NCBI GenBank assembly: GCA_903813345.2
Contig: CAIIXF020000001.1
Location: 47,802,001-47,866,000, forward strand
DNA from: Owenia fusiformis
Taxonomy: Eukaryota
Direction of reading: 5' to 3'
Length of the DNA: 64,000 nucleotides
Shown here: positions 25,368 through 38,810 of the stretch, in pieces
Layout of the letters: each line of letters begins with the position of its first letter
Numbering within the stretch: position 1 is the first letter of the stretch
Translations under genes and position numbers: made by a program
Notes under the pieces: model-generated
What the model was told of the DNA's origin: nothing
What the model saw: the letters and a program-made list of their open reading frames with translations, nothing else
Databases searched by the model: none

Positions 25368-26420
25368 ATGATGAGAGCGATATATCTGACACAAGCAGAA
25401 GGGAAACTTGAGCTAGTACAATGTGAAGCTCCTAAAGCTGTTAAACCAACAGATGTCCTCTTGAAGATCCCTTGTGCTGGAATTTGTGGGTCTGACCTCC
25501 ACTTCATTAAGAATGATATGAAGGTCAAAGAAAAGGTCATCCTTGGGCATGAGTTTGGTGGAACAGTGGTCCAAGTTGGCAACAGCGTAACTAATGTCAA
25601 AGTTGGTGATCGAGTTGCCTGTAATCCATTAGGATGCCATTGTCATCATTGTCGCTTCTGCCATGGGGGAAAGCCAAATCTGTGTCCAAAAGGAGGCATT
25701 GCGTATGCAAATGGGGTCTTCCGCGATGGTGCCTGGGCCGACTTTTGTCTTGTGGACAGCACACAGTTGTTCAGGTTGTCTGATGAGGCTACGTTTCAAA
25801 CTGCTTGTTTGATGGAGCCGATGGCATGCATCCTGAACAGTTTCTCGATCTTAAGCATTTTGGTCGATTCTGCGTCTATTCTGGTTGCAGGTAGTGGCAT
25901 CATCGGATTGTTACAAGCGTCTTTGTTACATTACAGAGGATTCCGTAATATCACAATAACTGAACCAAGTGCGGGTCGTCGAGATATTGCTATAAACCTT
26001 AAGCTGAATGGTGTGAAGGTTGCACAGCCAAGTGACATCATTGGCCAGTTCAAAGATGTGGATACCGCACTCAACGGCTTCGACCTGATCTTTGACTGCA
26101 CGGGAAATGCAGAAGCGATAGAGGAATACTACCCATTGCTGAGCCGCGGCGCAACATATCTTGTGTTTGGAATATGCCCCTCGGGATCAAAAACCACAAT
26201 AGATCCACACGAATTGTTTGCTAAGGAGACAAAGATCATGGGCGTTTGTGGTGAGCGCAATACCTACATCGATGCCGTGGCACTAATTCAAAACATGGCT
26301 GCTGATGGGAAACTCGATTTAGAAAAGTTGGGTGTGAAAATGTTTCCCTTCGAAAATTATGAAACAGCACTTTCAGAATTGGAAAGAGGAATTATTTCCA
26401 AAGCCATATTGACATTATAA
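25368..26420 (+). CDS. Zinc-dependent medium-chain alcohol/polyol dehydrogenase, copy 2; 350 aa, intronless CDS
   Basis: Close paralogue of 18726-19775: first 49 aa differ at a single residue; same CGSDLH, GHE, CxxCxxC-x7-C and GSGIIG motifs; same upstream acceptor atattttgcag|gtctaagATG. Confidence 0.95.
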   Translation: MMRAIYLTQAEGKLELVQCEAPKAVKPTDVLLKIPCAGICGSDLHFIKNDMKVKEKVILGHEFGGTVVQVGNSVTNVKVGDRVACNPLGCHCHHCRFCHGGKPNLCPKGGIAYANGVFRDGAWADFCLVDSTQLFRLSDEATFQTACLMEPMACILNSFSILSILVDSASILVAGSGIIGLLQASLLHYRGFRNITITEPSAGRRDIAINLKLNGVKVAQPSDIIGQFKDVDTALNGFDLIFDCTGNAEAIEEYYPLLSRGATYLVFGICPSGSKTTIDPHELFAKETKIMGVCGERNTYIDAVALIQNMAADGKLDLEKLGVKMFPFENYETALSELERGIISKAILTL

Positions 26421-27201
26421 GTCCGGGTTATAACTATAATGAGCGATATCTCTGAAGAGACAGTACATACCGAACGGCAGCCGTAGCATCCCAAATCGAG
26501 AGAAATATGCAGCACAAAATATAGGGATATGCGATATGATGTAGATTTTGTAGATTGAATTTAGTGAAGCTACGACCACAGTACACCCTGTAGGGTAAAT
26601 GTGAATGAGGCTTTACCATTTGACCTGCATAAGCACTTTGCTTGTTATTCGCAATAATACTATTTATAGATTCTTACTCAACTATGAAATTAATCAGCTT
26701 GTCGCTTTTAGTAGTTTCACTAGAATCTAAAAGTCACCTTGGAAGGGTTGTTGGTAATATAATGCATTGCAGTAATATGAAATAGCAGCCTAGCTATACA
26801 TGAATAATGAATCATGTAAAAACATACAAACACTAGATGTATTCATTTATCTCTTTGTCTTATCTTATACTTTTTGTCATCTACATGTACAGTGTACATA
26901 CAATTTTAATCAAAGAATGACCTTCTTTGTAAGGTAAGCACCCTAAGTACTATAACCACCTTTATAATATTTCAAATATAATTGTGTTTTTTTATGAAAG
27001 GTGACTAGTTGCTGGTACTAAGTAAATGCCACATCTCTGAATACAATTTTTGTTTGCCAATGCATAAACAGTGCAGAACACTGGGGCACATTCTCAATTT
27101 CATTCAATCCCATCAAATCTATTCATCAGATGGATGACTGGTGGGTTTGTTCATATCTAGCACAAATGTGTAAATAAAAATAATAAAATTTTATTCATGA
27201 A

Positions 27202-30200
27202 CTATCCAAATATCCCTAAATCCAGTATCTTTATTGTAAGCACTATTTGCTGATATTGTTCTGAAGTCCATTTAGTATGACTGGATGCAGATAGAGGGCT
27301 CTGCTCTTCAAGTGTCTCGTGACTGCTACTCTGTTGGCTGGAATAACATGAGCAATTTATTTACACATGTATGCCTTGTATAAATTGACTTTCAGCAAAA
27401 TGTTTTAAAGGAGTATGCTGTGTATAAATGACTCTTGTGGTAACGAGAGATTTGTTGATGAATATCTATCTATGAGTCAGACACTGAAAACTTGAACATA
27501 AAATATGTAGGCACAGTGCACAATACATTCCAAAAATCATTCAATGATGCATAGTTTTCAAAAATCCTCAAGAATCTTTGTGCAAGGAAAAACAATTTAA
27601 TCAAATGTAATCAATTCTGTCTGTTAATTGATACACATGTATATTCTGTTGCTCCTGCTGAGAAAGAATGCTCCTAGTCAGCATTCATAAAGAAAATGTT
27701 GAATATATTTCAATTTTTCAAGAATAGGCAAGAAAGTTTCTAATTTTTAACAAATTTTGAATTAAAAATTGAATTACAAATATTTTATTGAATTAATTAA
27801 AAATTCCACTTTTCCAAAGTACAGTGTATATTAAATACTCATACACCATATAAGGATCCTACCTACCTGATTTGAATGGGATCATTTAAAGTGACCAATA
27901 GATCAGTACTGTGTTGAGGAATCCTGAACAGGCCCATGTGAATGTCAATGATATTTGCTGCATTTTCACCTTCTTTAAATTTTGATACTTTTTGTTTTCC
28001 CTTTAAGTACCATGCTTTAGAACAACTGGAAGGAAAACATTTAATGATGATTGTATGTAGAATGTAGATATACAAATATGTGTATGTACAGTAAAAACCT
28101 CTCTTAGTGAACCCCTCTCTCTAGTGAACACCTGTCTCTAATGGACACCTGTTCCTCCTCACATACTCTACTGACTTCTGTATTAATTACCCTCTCTGTA
28201 GTGAACGCCTACCAACACTGGACATCTTTTCTCAGCAAAAATGGTCAATATTAACAGGTTTTACCTTATCTCACACATTAACTTAAATTCATGTTTTAAT
28301 GATAAACATTTGTAGGTAGCGATCTGAGGCACTTCGATCAGGGTGTTGTCGGGACAATTTCTCTTGTGACTTAGGTTATGTATTTAGATCTATCTCAACA
28401 GATTTTACTGGTCTTATGCGCCGCAAATGGTGCGAAAGATGTTAAAATTGCATTTTCGACCCTAAAATTCAGATTTCTTGGGGGTACATTATTATTTAGC
28501 TATAAAACAAAAACTAAACAACCAATGCTTCTTTCTTTTGGTGTTTCTGTTAAGAGTAATCATACTTGAAATGCATATGTAAAAAAATTGAAGAATTTTA
28601 ACTTTATTTAAAAACAGCAACATTTTTTCACCCTAAAATCATAGAATTTAGGTGGGTTGAGAGACATTGATTGGAATTGATTTTTTAATTTCTCAATCAA
28701 TCTCAGGTTAATATTAATGGAACTTTCCTAAAAGTAGCACCAACATGTCCCCAACACATTACCATAAAGAAAAAACTCAAACTCTAACATGTTTTTTGCC
28801 TATATGGGTCAATTTACCTCTCCCCTCTTTCCCTTATAAAAGGGGTGTGGCCATTAATACATGTGGATTTAAACAGTAGCATGATGTCACATTAAATGAA
28901 TACATGTACATATCATGTATTTTATCAAATATATTACCATAAAATATTTTCACTTAGAGTCCATTTCACTGCTTCAGTTCGTCAGTAGAACGGCAAAAAT
29001 AAGAAATTGGGCGACCATTGTGCAATAATATATGGAAAAGTATATTCATAATGTACATGAATGACATTTGTATATCTTGGATTGCTTCTAGTTTGGCTTA
29101 TAAAGTGTGTGGCCTCTTATATTTGGATGTTTCTCTGCCATGTTATTTTCAATAAGATTAACATGGCCGAAATTCTTCAAATTACAAGACGGCACAGGCT
29201 TATTGCACAAAAAACTAAAAAATCTGAAATATACAAATGTCATTCATGTACATTATGAATATACTTTTCCATATATTATTGCACAATAGTCTCCCAATTT
29301 CTTATTTTTGCCGTTCTACTGACGAAATGAAGCAGTGAAATGGACTCTAGGTGTATACATATAGTACATACCTGTGAATTATTTATAATACAATATTTTT
29401 TCTATGTAGGCTTGAGATATAAGAATATTAAAAATCTGAAGTTGAATATTATCTAATACACAGTTCACGACTCAGTCATAATATTAATTTTACTCATTGT
29501 ATGAATTCCTGTCATCACAAATGTAGTTTTTATTCACCAGAATATATTTGATCCATAAAGCTTTGTATTTCATAAACTTCCTCTTCATTTTGATCTTCTA
29601 AAGTATCATCTTATACGATAACATCTACCAGGTCCTCGGGTAGAATTTTATCTGGATTTGACACCCATTGAAATCCAAATGGCCATCTTTCATCCTCCAT
29701 CCATGTGACACAGGGGAGGGAATTGATGGGGAGGGGATGTTGGCAAGTTTCCATATGTGTGCTTGATAACTGGCCCTTGCCAGATGCTGCTGTAATGAAT
29801 CTTTACATGGGGGTAGGAGGCTTATTGTTAGTGCCTTCATAGCTTGTTATCACACTTGGGGCAGATTTTGGTTGAAATTTGTTCTTGAATAAGGTATATC
29901 TCAGCTCATTTATATTTGAACACTTTTTGTTTCCATACATCTGGCAAGTAAACTTCTCAGCACATTTAGCAGTTTGATCACTAATGACCCCTCCAATGGT
30001 GCCGAAACCTTTTTGAAATTCTCATAAGTAATTTTAGGGGGGGGGACACTTTCTCCCTTCTCACAAAGGCACTGAAGGAATCACATCCAGTAAATGAATG
30101 GAAGGTTGGTAAAGCATTACAAATTTACAAATGTCTGAACTGAGCGCATTTCCTACTTCCTTTACATTAAAGGGGCAACAAGGGACTGTAGAGAGAAAAT

Positions 30201-33200
30201 TCAATTTTTTTTCTTTTTTCTGAGCTATCAGGTCAATATTTGGCTTAACATCTTCTTTGACATATCTATTTTCTTAAAATGTACGGATAAACTCTCAATT
30301 TAGAAGTGTAAATTCAGTTCAAAGCTTCTATAAAGGGAGTCCCACTTATAGATTTTTAAGATTCACCACGTTTCAAGAGGAATATCAGCTGAAATAATGT
30401 TCATCAAGGGGGTTTCTTTGTAGATAATAAAAATATATGTTACTCTTGATGTACCCTGTGTGCAGAGTCTAGTTAAACTACACTCTGCCTAGTAGAGACC
30501 ATATTACAGTTTAGTAGCCCCGCCCCACAACGGGTACTGGTGACAGTTTGGGTAATAAATCACTTTTGACCTACGCGCTGCCCTTTCTTCCACCAATCAG
30601 CGAGCTTGAAGAAACATACGTCAAATGCGTTCTAATTAAATATACGCATGTCATTGGTCAATTCCGGGCTCAACGATGACGTCAGAAGGAATGACCATAT
30701 ATAGAACGTCGGTCAAATTTGGCCGACGAACACTGATTGGCGCGGTGAGTTCACAGGTTTATTTTAGTTTGAAAGAGTGAAGACAAAGCTCTCTTTTAAG
30801 AGGCGAAGTCAAACGAATGCAAAGGGTACTCTTGATGAAATATCCAAACTTAAATATATTTTGACACTGGTCGATGATCGTTGAATTACCCCCCTGCACT
30901 AATTGTTGCACCTTTAATAAGTCATATGTGGTCTGCACTACCAGTGTCAAAAATTAATGGAGTTTGAATAAGATTGGAAAGTGCACAAGAAGTACAAAAA
31001 CATCGCTATCTGGGGATCTCACAACTATAGTTTTTTCTGTATTTTCAGGTTCATTTCATGTTAATTGCATGGGGTATAATTATTGTATCTGCCTCTTTGT
31101 GGGAAGATCCCAGGCTTGATTCAACTCTATGTGTAACAGTAGTTCTATCACTGGTGCACTGTACAGATCTCACCACATGAATCTGTCTTTCTTTGAGTTT
31201 AGGGGCATTTTTATCTTTTTCCATTCTTCAAGGATCAACTGACTCAGCTGCATTTCATTCTCATCATTTAAGAGGAATTCCTTCCAATTGTTAGGAATTC
31301 TGGTATTAGGTCCTTTTATTATTAGCTTTTTGGAGACAAGCCTGCGTATTCTTTCTGGTTCTTTAATTGAATCTTTCTTATAGGAAGCATCTGAAGGATC
31401 CTCTCTGCCAGTAATCCAAATGTTTTGGGTCGCTCAGGAAGTATATGGAACAATGCATTGCCATCATAAACTATAATTGTTTTTTCTGCTTTGGGTCCAT
31501 GTAATATTATATGTTTCCAGCTCATGTAATAATTTTGACTTTTCTGTTTTAACCAAGAGTCCATCAGGTGTTCCAAGAGCCCAGGGTATTAGACTCAGGG
31601 GGTATTCCAATATTCGCTTTAGACTGATACTATGCTGCTCTGATAACATGACTAACTGGCCAAATGTATTGCGCTCAGCTCTAATCTCAATCAGTCTGTT
31701 TCCAGAGCTTTTCACCTTTTTGACTTCAGCATTGAATTCAGATGTTTTCAGTTTCATTCTTTTATGGAGTCATGAAAACTTTTTCCCTTCTGCACAAATT
31801 GGTCTTGAATAAATTGCTTAAAGGCTTGTGTGCCCTTGGATGCTGCATTTAAGAGATAATCTGCTAAATTAGAGGGTGTTGGCATTCCAGATGATATGCA
31901 GTATAAATGATCATTGTCCTCAATTTGGAATGGATTGAGAAAGCCATCAATTGAATCAATCAAATTAGTTAATAATAGAACATCAGACAGTAATAAGCCT
32001 TGAATAGCTTACTATTCTCCCTTATTGTTTTGCTACATGTTCCCTGCAAATAATAGATAGCAATTTATAATTGCAATTAGATAATCAGTTTATTAATTAA
32101 AGTTAAATATAAAGGTGTTTTGTATAAAGTAAAACCTGTGTACAGTGAACATCTATAGAGCCACAAAAAAGATTTCAATACAGAAAGACAATTTGTATTG
32201 GAATCAAGGTATGTGCTGAAAATAGGGTGTTCATTTTACACAGGTGTTCACTAGAGAAAGGTGTTCACTAACCCAGGTCCCACTGTATTAGGCTTATGTC
32301 ATTTCAAAGACATTCACTAGCTACAAGTAAAACAAGGCATTAACATGACAAAATGTCACCACCTAGTTGAAACAAGATAAAAAATACCTTTTTGACCTTG
32401 AGGAGGTCACTAAAGGTCAGATCCATTTTGACCTTTAGAATGTCATTTAATGATCAAATCTATATTCTTAAATCTTAGAAGGTCATTGAAGGTCAAATCT
32501 TAAGTCAGATTTGAACTTCTGATAACTTATAGATGATTTTGAAAAATTGGTTAATTTGAAGCAAATTGAAAAAAGACTTTTTCTGACCTTGAAAAGGTCA
32601 TTGAAGGTCAAATCTTAAATATAAAGTCAGATTTGAACATCTGAAAACATGTAGATGATTTTGAAAACAATTGAAGTCAGTCTATACAGTATTTGTTAAT
32701 TATTTGAAATTGTAAGAATTTGTTACAGACACCAATTGCCAAGCTCCAACCACAAACCGCCGACCACTGACCACTGTCAGAAATGAACAGAGACCATAAC
32801 AATATGTCACCACTTTTTGTTGGTGACATAAAAATGATAACATGATGTGAACCATCCTCCTAAGCAGGTGTCCAGAATCCGTACCTCCTTCTTCCCCCTG
32901 CGATAACCAATTTGGACGCGCCTGATTTAACTGAATCACGTGATCTAATTATGCACAATGACTTATACATGATTTCTGTCGCAGTGTTGCGACAGCCAAT
33001 CAGATTGCGAGTTCTTAATCTGGAAAATGGTAACTGCTTATTGCTGGGGGTAAAAAGAAAGAATATGTTCTGGATTTTGAAGCCCTGTGATCGGAGGATG
33101 GATATGAACATGAAGTATTTATTTTTAGATGAACATGCCAATATGGCCACGCCCTTCTAAAAAGGGATAGAGGGGAGAGGTAAATTGACCCATATAGGCA

Positions 33201-34935
33201 AAAAACATGTTAGAGTTTGAGTTTTTTCTTTATGGTAATGTGTTGGGGACATGTTGGTGCTACTTTTAGGAAAGTTCCATTAATATTAAACTGAGATTGA
33301 TTGAGAAATTAAAAAATCAATTCCAATCAATGTCTCTCAACCCCCCTAAATTCTATGATTTTAGGGTGAAAAAATGTTGCTGTTTTTAAATAAAGTTAAA
33401 ATTCTTCAATTTTTTTACATATGCATTTCAAGTATGATTACTCTTAACAGAAACACCAAAAGAAAGAAGCATTGGTTGTTTAGTTTTTGTTTTATAGCTA
33501 AATAATAATGTACCCCCAAGAAATCTGAATTTTAGGGTCGAAAATGCAATTTTAACATCTTTCGCACCATTTGCGGCGCATAAGACCAGTAAAATCTGTT
33601 GAGATAGACCTAAATACATAACCTAAGTCACAAGAGAAATTGTCCCGACAACACCCTGATCGAAGTGCCTCAGATCGCTACCTATTGATGTATATATATG
33701 AATTTACCCCTTCTCATGATTACCTGAGCCTTCAACCCCCTCCATCATTGAAATCAGTTTGGCAAAAATGCATTAATCATGTTCAACTAAAATAGCATGA
33801 AGAACATGATTTTGATTTATGTTCTGTAATCATCCTCAATATAAATATATTTTATTTCTGTCCATCTGAGCTATGGTAGCAGTAAAGCCCAAAAGACTTG
33901 TTTGCGTTTTCTCCCTGCTTTTCATCAACATCACATGCTAAAATATACTGTTTTATTGAAGAACAAATCCTTGTTCAATTTTTTCATTCTAATTTTGTCT
34001 AAGCAATATTAAATTAAAAATTAAACCAAATGCTTCAATGTTGTAATTGTTGTCCAAACTAAAGAAAATAGCACAAGAAAAATGTGTGCTCTCTGATCAG
34101 AGTCAGATCAGATAAAGAATCAGAACAAATAATTGACTTCATCCTATTTACATTCTTTACATGTACATACTGTGTCAGCGCCACTTTGTCCAAAGGAATG
34201 GTCTCAGTCACTTCAACTTCTGAGTTACCAATAGATGTTTCATTATTATTGGAGACTTCTTCAAAATGTGTCCTAAAATACATTTTTCATGTACACTTTT
34301 CAGAACATCAAGATGCATTTTTAATGGGTCATGATTTGAATGTGTCTAAATGGAAAAATATGAAAATTGTGTGATAAATAACTTGATCGATGTGATCTGA
34401 AAAAATGAGTGATTAATGATCGGAATTACAGAGCATTCACAAAAAAGCTGGGAAATCACTGGGAATTACTATCATACTATTCATAGCCCACTAACTATTC
34501 AGCCAAAGTGTATAATATGAAATGCATGTACCTCAATGCTTGTTCATCTTGTTCTGCTACATACTCCAAGATCTCTATGATGATGCTCTGGTCTGAGCTT
34601 GGATGAACGAAAACTTCTTGATTGTCTGGCACAGTTCGCATTTGGCTGGAATGAGTAAAATATTTGTCGCAAAGCTCCATATGCTGAGATGGAATGCTAT
34701 ACAGTGTACTATATGTGTCAAGACAATAATTAACTCTAACATCTACAGTTAACCATTAGGACTTACATTTTGTCCAGTTTCAAGATATATCATGTGATCT
34801 ATCTGAAATTTGGATAAAGAGTTTAGTTGCACCTTTTAATAATTCATACCTGATATCTATAACATCAGAGGGAAGGTAGGCTGAAAGGTATCCACCAAAG
34901 AGAGGCTTCTCCATCATTCCAGTTCCATCGGCCAT
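27202..34935 (-). CDS. RANGRF: Ran guanine nucleotide release factor (Mog1), 5 coding exons, ~198 aa
   Basis: Exons 34935-34850, 34645-34532, 34272-34171, 28025-27867 and 27337-27202, all GT-AG and phase-consistent. Mog1 motifs: [63 protein letters not shown]-terminal [10 protein letters not shown]. Confidence 0.93.
28951..29353. mobile_element. Palindromic MITE-like insert inside the Academ element
   Basis: ~125-bp inverted arms tagagtccatttcactgcttca... / ...tgaagcagtgaaatggactcta. TSD not resolved. Confidence 0.7.
29625..31963 (-). pseudogene. Academ transposase/XPG-like nuclease pseudogene fragments
   Basis: ORF fragments 31754-31963, 31464-31757, 31322-31576 and 29625-29840, plus intervening motifs, are collinear but broken by stops, frameshifts and a 743-bp insertion. 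Confidence 0.8.
30171..30913. mobile_element. Non-autonomous TTAA-specific element with Kolobok-like AG..CT ends, 743 bp, nested in the Academ ORF
   Basis: ttaa|aggggcaacaa ... ttgttgcacct|ttaa. Removing it restores the minus-strand reading [25 protein letters not shown], just upstream of the HSFTGCD motif. Confidence 0.85.
32330..32680. repeat. Degenerate tandem tgaccttga...aaggtca repeats nested in the Academ element
   Basis: Repeated aaggtcattgaaggtcaaatcttaa...gtcagatttgaac...tagatgattttgaaaa units. Confidence 0.6.
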
Positions 34936-37012
34936 CTGTTTTGTAGAGCAGATAGATAATTTAATAGATACATTCAAACTGTAAATGTAAAGATGTTCAT
35001 TGTTACATATTAAAAGTTCTCTACACTTACATTGTACATACATCTGAGCAACTAGATGTACAATACATGCACTCTCACCTTGTTTGAACTCTCCAAAAGT
35101 CATTTTTGCACAAATCAAGTTGCATTCATTTAATTTTAAACAATGTCAATTGATTCAAGAATGAGTACGGATTATATTGTTACACTTTCAAAAAATTAAT
35201 TTGGTTAGCCTATTAGACAAAAAATATTTTAATGTTACGACATGGACTTCCATGGTTACTTGTACGTAAATCTTTCACTTTGTCTGCCCCACCATGAGCT
35301 TTCAAGAGAGCCCATGTCCCAATTGACACTGTTTTTAACACTGTCAAACAAACTTCGGAAATTAAAAAAAGCAAAGACCTGCTTCAAAAAGGGACATTTG
35401 GTGATCCTTTATTTGGGAAGATTGCAATAACCGAGGCTAGATAAAGATATAGTGATTGGAAATAAACAGATAACAAATACATGTATGAAGATTTTCTGTG
35501 ACTGGAATATTTTTCTAAGATCAATGGGCTTGATTGCTTATTTTTTAGGTCGTATTAGCCCAAAGCCCAATTAAAATTGACTGAAAAATAAGAGCAAAGA
35601 CCTCAGTGCAGTATCATTATTGATGTCATATGGAAAAATACATCTAAATTTATACATACAACTTGGACTGCTTGTGATTTTGGCTAATAAAATTGTAACC
35701 TCTTGTATTTTGTTGCTTCTCTTTTTCTAGTCCTTTTTCATTCCATGGAATGAGTGGAAAAATAGTTCCAATAAAAATGGTGAAAGGCAATCTGTGCAAG
35801 GTTTGTTATTTAATTGGTTTGGTTTTTTTGAAAAACAAAAATAGGTGAGCTCAATTATTTCATTATTTTAAAGCAAACTGTATCTTATTCAAGTCTCTAG
35901 CCAAATTACTTGGCTAGACATCATTGCAAAGTTTTCCTTTACACAGATTTAATTGAAATAATATTCAAAATATCGTCCATGAATTGAAACTGAATCAGAC
36001 CGTTCATGCGATATTGCATGAATTCATCTCAATTTAGAGCAACAGCTCCAAGGAAATGGACAACAACGATGAAAACTGGACAAAAATGTTGTTAAGGTCT
36101 AACATTATAACTGGCTGTAAATCCAAAAGATTTAAAGGTTCAATAAAGACCATAGAAGAAATTTGGAAATCATTTTACCTTTCCCGAGCTATTAGTGCAA
36201 CGTTTGGCCTAATGTCTTCTTCGCCATACCTATTTTCTTAAAATGTATGCACTTGTCGACGAATACCACCATTCAGTCTTGCAAATAGACTTCTAAATAA
36301 GCAATTGAAAGGATGGACGTCCTGCATTTTGTTTTTTGAAACATTTCTGAATCTCCACCATTTAAATTCTTATTGCAGCTGAGATTAGGTAAGACCACAT
36401 GTAAGCATGTTTATAGTATAACCGCGGTTGTCTGATATAACCGTATGCATGGTACACGATATGACCGCCATTGACAGTCTATTCCTGGCGACTCTTGCAA
36501 TTGAAAATTAAAACACCTCAAATCTGCCAATATTCAAGGTCTTCTTGACATGCGCATGGTATATGGGAAACAGAATGTTGGATAGAACGTTAGGTGGAAA
36601 CGGGGTTGGAATCCAATGACAACATCACCGGGAAATCATTAAAAGGTACGTGAACATTTTCATTCTGTCGATGTCGCAGAAGATTCCCGGGGATTTAGGA
36701 TGCCAGTGATTGTGAATATGGGCAGAAATTACATGTAGGTACGTTCAGGGGTTTTCTTTGTAGCTAATGAAAATAGATGTTAGCCTTGATGAAATATCCA
36801 AAATTCGATATATTTTGACACCAGGACCATGATCGTTGGATACGACTCTGCACTATTTATACAACCTTTAGGACAGAGAAAATAGAACACTGAACACACT
36901 GAGGTAAGAATTTATTACATATGCGACAGAATGTATTTTTCATAGCTATAGTAATTCTTTATGTTCCCCACTGTAGCTTTAGACCAAATTCTCAAGACTC
37001 GTTCTATAGATA

Positions 37013-37249
37013 CAGTTGGGGACAAAAATAAATGACAGGTCGATTTTCGATCACCATTTCCTAATTATGGTGGTCTGAAAGCCCATAATTTTCAATATTG
37101 TCTAGATATATATCCCTTAAAATTTGTATATTTTACATTTTGTATAATCTCATCCACTGATGTATGGCCTCTTGTAAATTCTCTTATTTTTAACATGGGA
37201 AATCCTCACTTCAGCAAATCCACCTGTCATTTATTTATGTCCCCAACTG
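37013..37249. mobile_element. Tc1/mariner-type MITE, TA TSD
   Basis: ta|cagttggggacaaaaataaatgacagg ... cctgtcatttatttatgtccccaactg|ta. Confidence 0.85.
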
Positions 37250-38810
37250 TACATGTAGACTACAGGTTTATCGCTAATTTATCTGAAATATACAAATGTA
37301 CTGTAGGCAAAAAGATATAAAATTATTTTTCCATATTTACTGCACCGTGGTCTTTTATCTTAGATTTTATAGACGGTATAAGACTAATCTAAGACGGAGA
37401 GGAAAAAGCCAAGGCGGGCGATAATATGTGAATTCACACAAATAAGTCATTGCTGCTATTTTCAACGATTTTTCATTTAAATGAATTAAACCAAAGGTGT
37501 AGATTACTATTAACTATCTATTATTTGAATTATGTACATATCTACGTGACATAAATGTAAATATTAAGCAAATAAATACAAAAACTTACTTTTTCCTTGA
37601 ATCGTACAACCAAGACGGTGTTAATGCTATCACGAAATGTTTCGCCTGTTGACGCCATCAGTTGGAGAGAAAGTACCTTGCCCCGCCTATTACATCAATA
37701 TACCTGATGGCAAGAGATGTTTGTCGTGGGACAGATATGCATCCCCACCCCTCAACAACTGAAAAATGATTTTATGGCTCAGTGAAAACTTAGGCTACTG
37801 AAGTTATCTATCTAATCGGTTTGGGCTAATAGGCCAACTACGATACTTTAATTCAGAAGAAAAAAATTTAAAAAATAATCATTCGAACATGTTTCTCTCA
37901 AACTCGCTGAAATATGACACAAAGTTTGATTTGCTTTAATATTGAACCAAGGAAAAGATAACATTTGAAGTTCAGATTTATTAGACATGCATGCACATGA
38001 AACAAAGTGCATGTTTAATTACTGTTAATTTAAAAGATGTCGACACTTCTATAAAAATGAATGTATCGATGTGATACTATAAGTTATTGAATGATTTGAA
38101 GTGCAATACAGGATATATTAGCTTGAGAAATTCAGTATTGGAACGAGACGAATCGAGTGCCAATACAGAATATCGAGACAGAATATATCCTGTATTGCAC
38201 TTCAAATCATTCAATAACATTTTTATCGTGTGATCCTCTGTATTGATACTGAGATTGTCTCCTCCGTACCAATATTTTCTGTATTGCGACGGAGATGATC
38301 AAACGGGGACAATCTCAGTAGCAATACAGATTGGTACAGCACAAGAACTGGCCATTCAGAGGGCTTCATTTTATAGATCATACATGTACGATAAAAACAA
38401 CTTTGCCATCTTTCAATGACATCATGACGACATTGATAAAAACTTGATATATAAAGTTTGACAGAATGAAAATATTTTTTGATAATTTAGTAAGCTTTGA
38501 TGTGGTCCATTTCTGCTCTTGTTGGTATCCAATGAAAGATAAGGTTCTTATCAATACATTGGACATACTATGAAATTCAAATGTAAGTCTTTATTTTGCC
38601 CAAAAACGTTGAAAAATAAAAATGCATTTTTTCATTTTTTGGTAATATTGTCTTGCGTTGCGTCAAATTATCCTTTTCGAAAGCATTAAAAGCCCAATAT
38701 GTTTGCAGTTAAAAGAATGCATGTTTTATATTTACATGTACCTGTTGAATGTGAACTGCATGCATACCGGTACCGTTATTTGATTCGGTAGTCAACCCGA
38801 TTGTAGTATA

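Larger units (their letters stand above)
28313..33684 (-). mobile_element. Decayed Academ (AcademX-type) DNA transposon, 5.37 kb, in Mog1 coding intron 3
   Basis: ttg|TAGgtagcgatctgagg ... cctcagatcgctacCTA|ttg: TAG..CTA ends, 3-bp TSD, ~540-bp near-identical TIRs (28313-28854 and 33143-33684). Minus-strand frameshifted XPG/PIN-like remnants: [70 protein letters not shown]. Confidence 0.85.

Noticed and set aside
28378..33619. Near-identical 63-aa ORFs at 28378-28569 (+) and 33428-33619 (-)
   Set aside because: They are mirror images within the Academ TIRs, with no recognisable protein motif.
36170..36235. Candidate Mog1 first exon with ATGGCG and donor AG|gtaaaa
   Set aside because: Its ATG closes after 11 codons; plausible as a 5'UTR exon but not supportable without transcripts.
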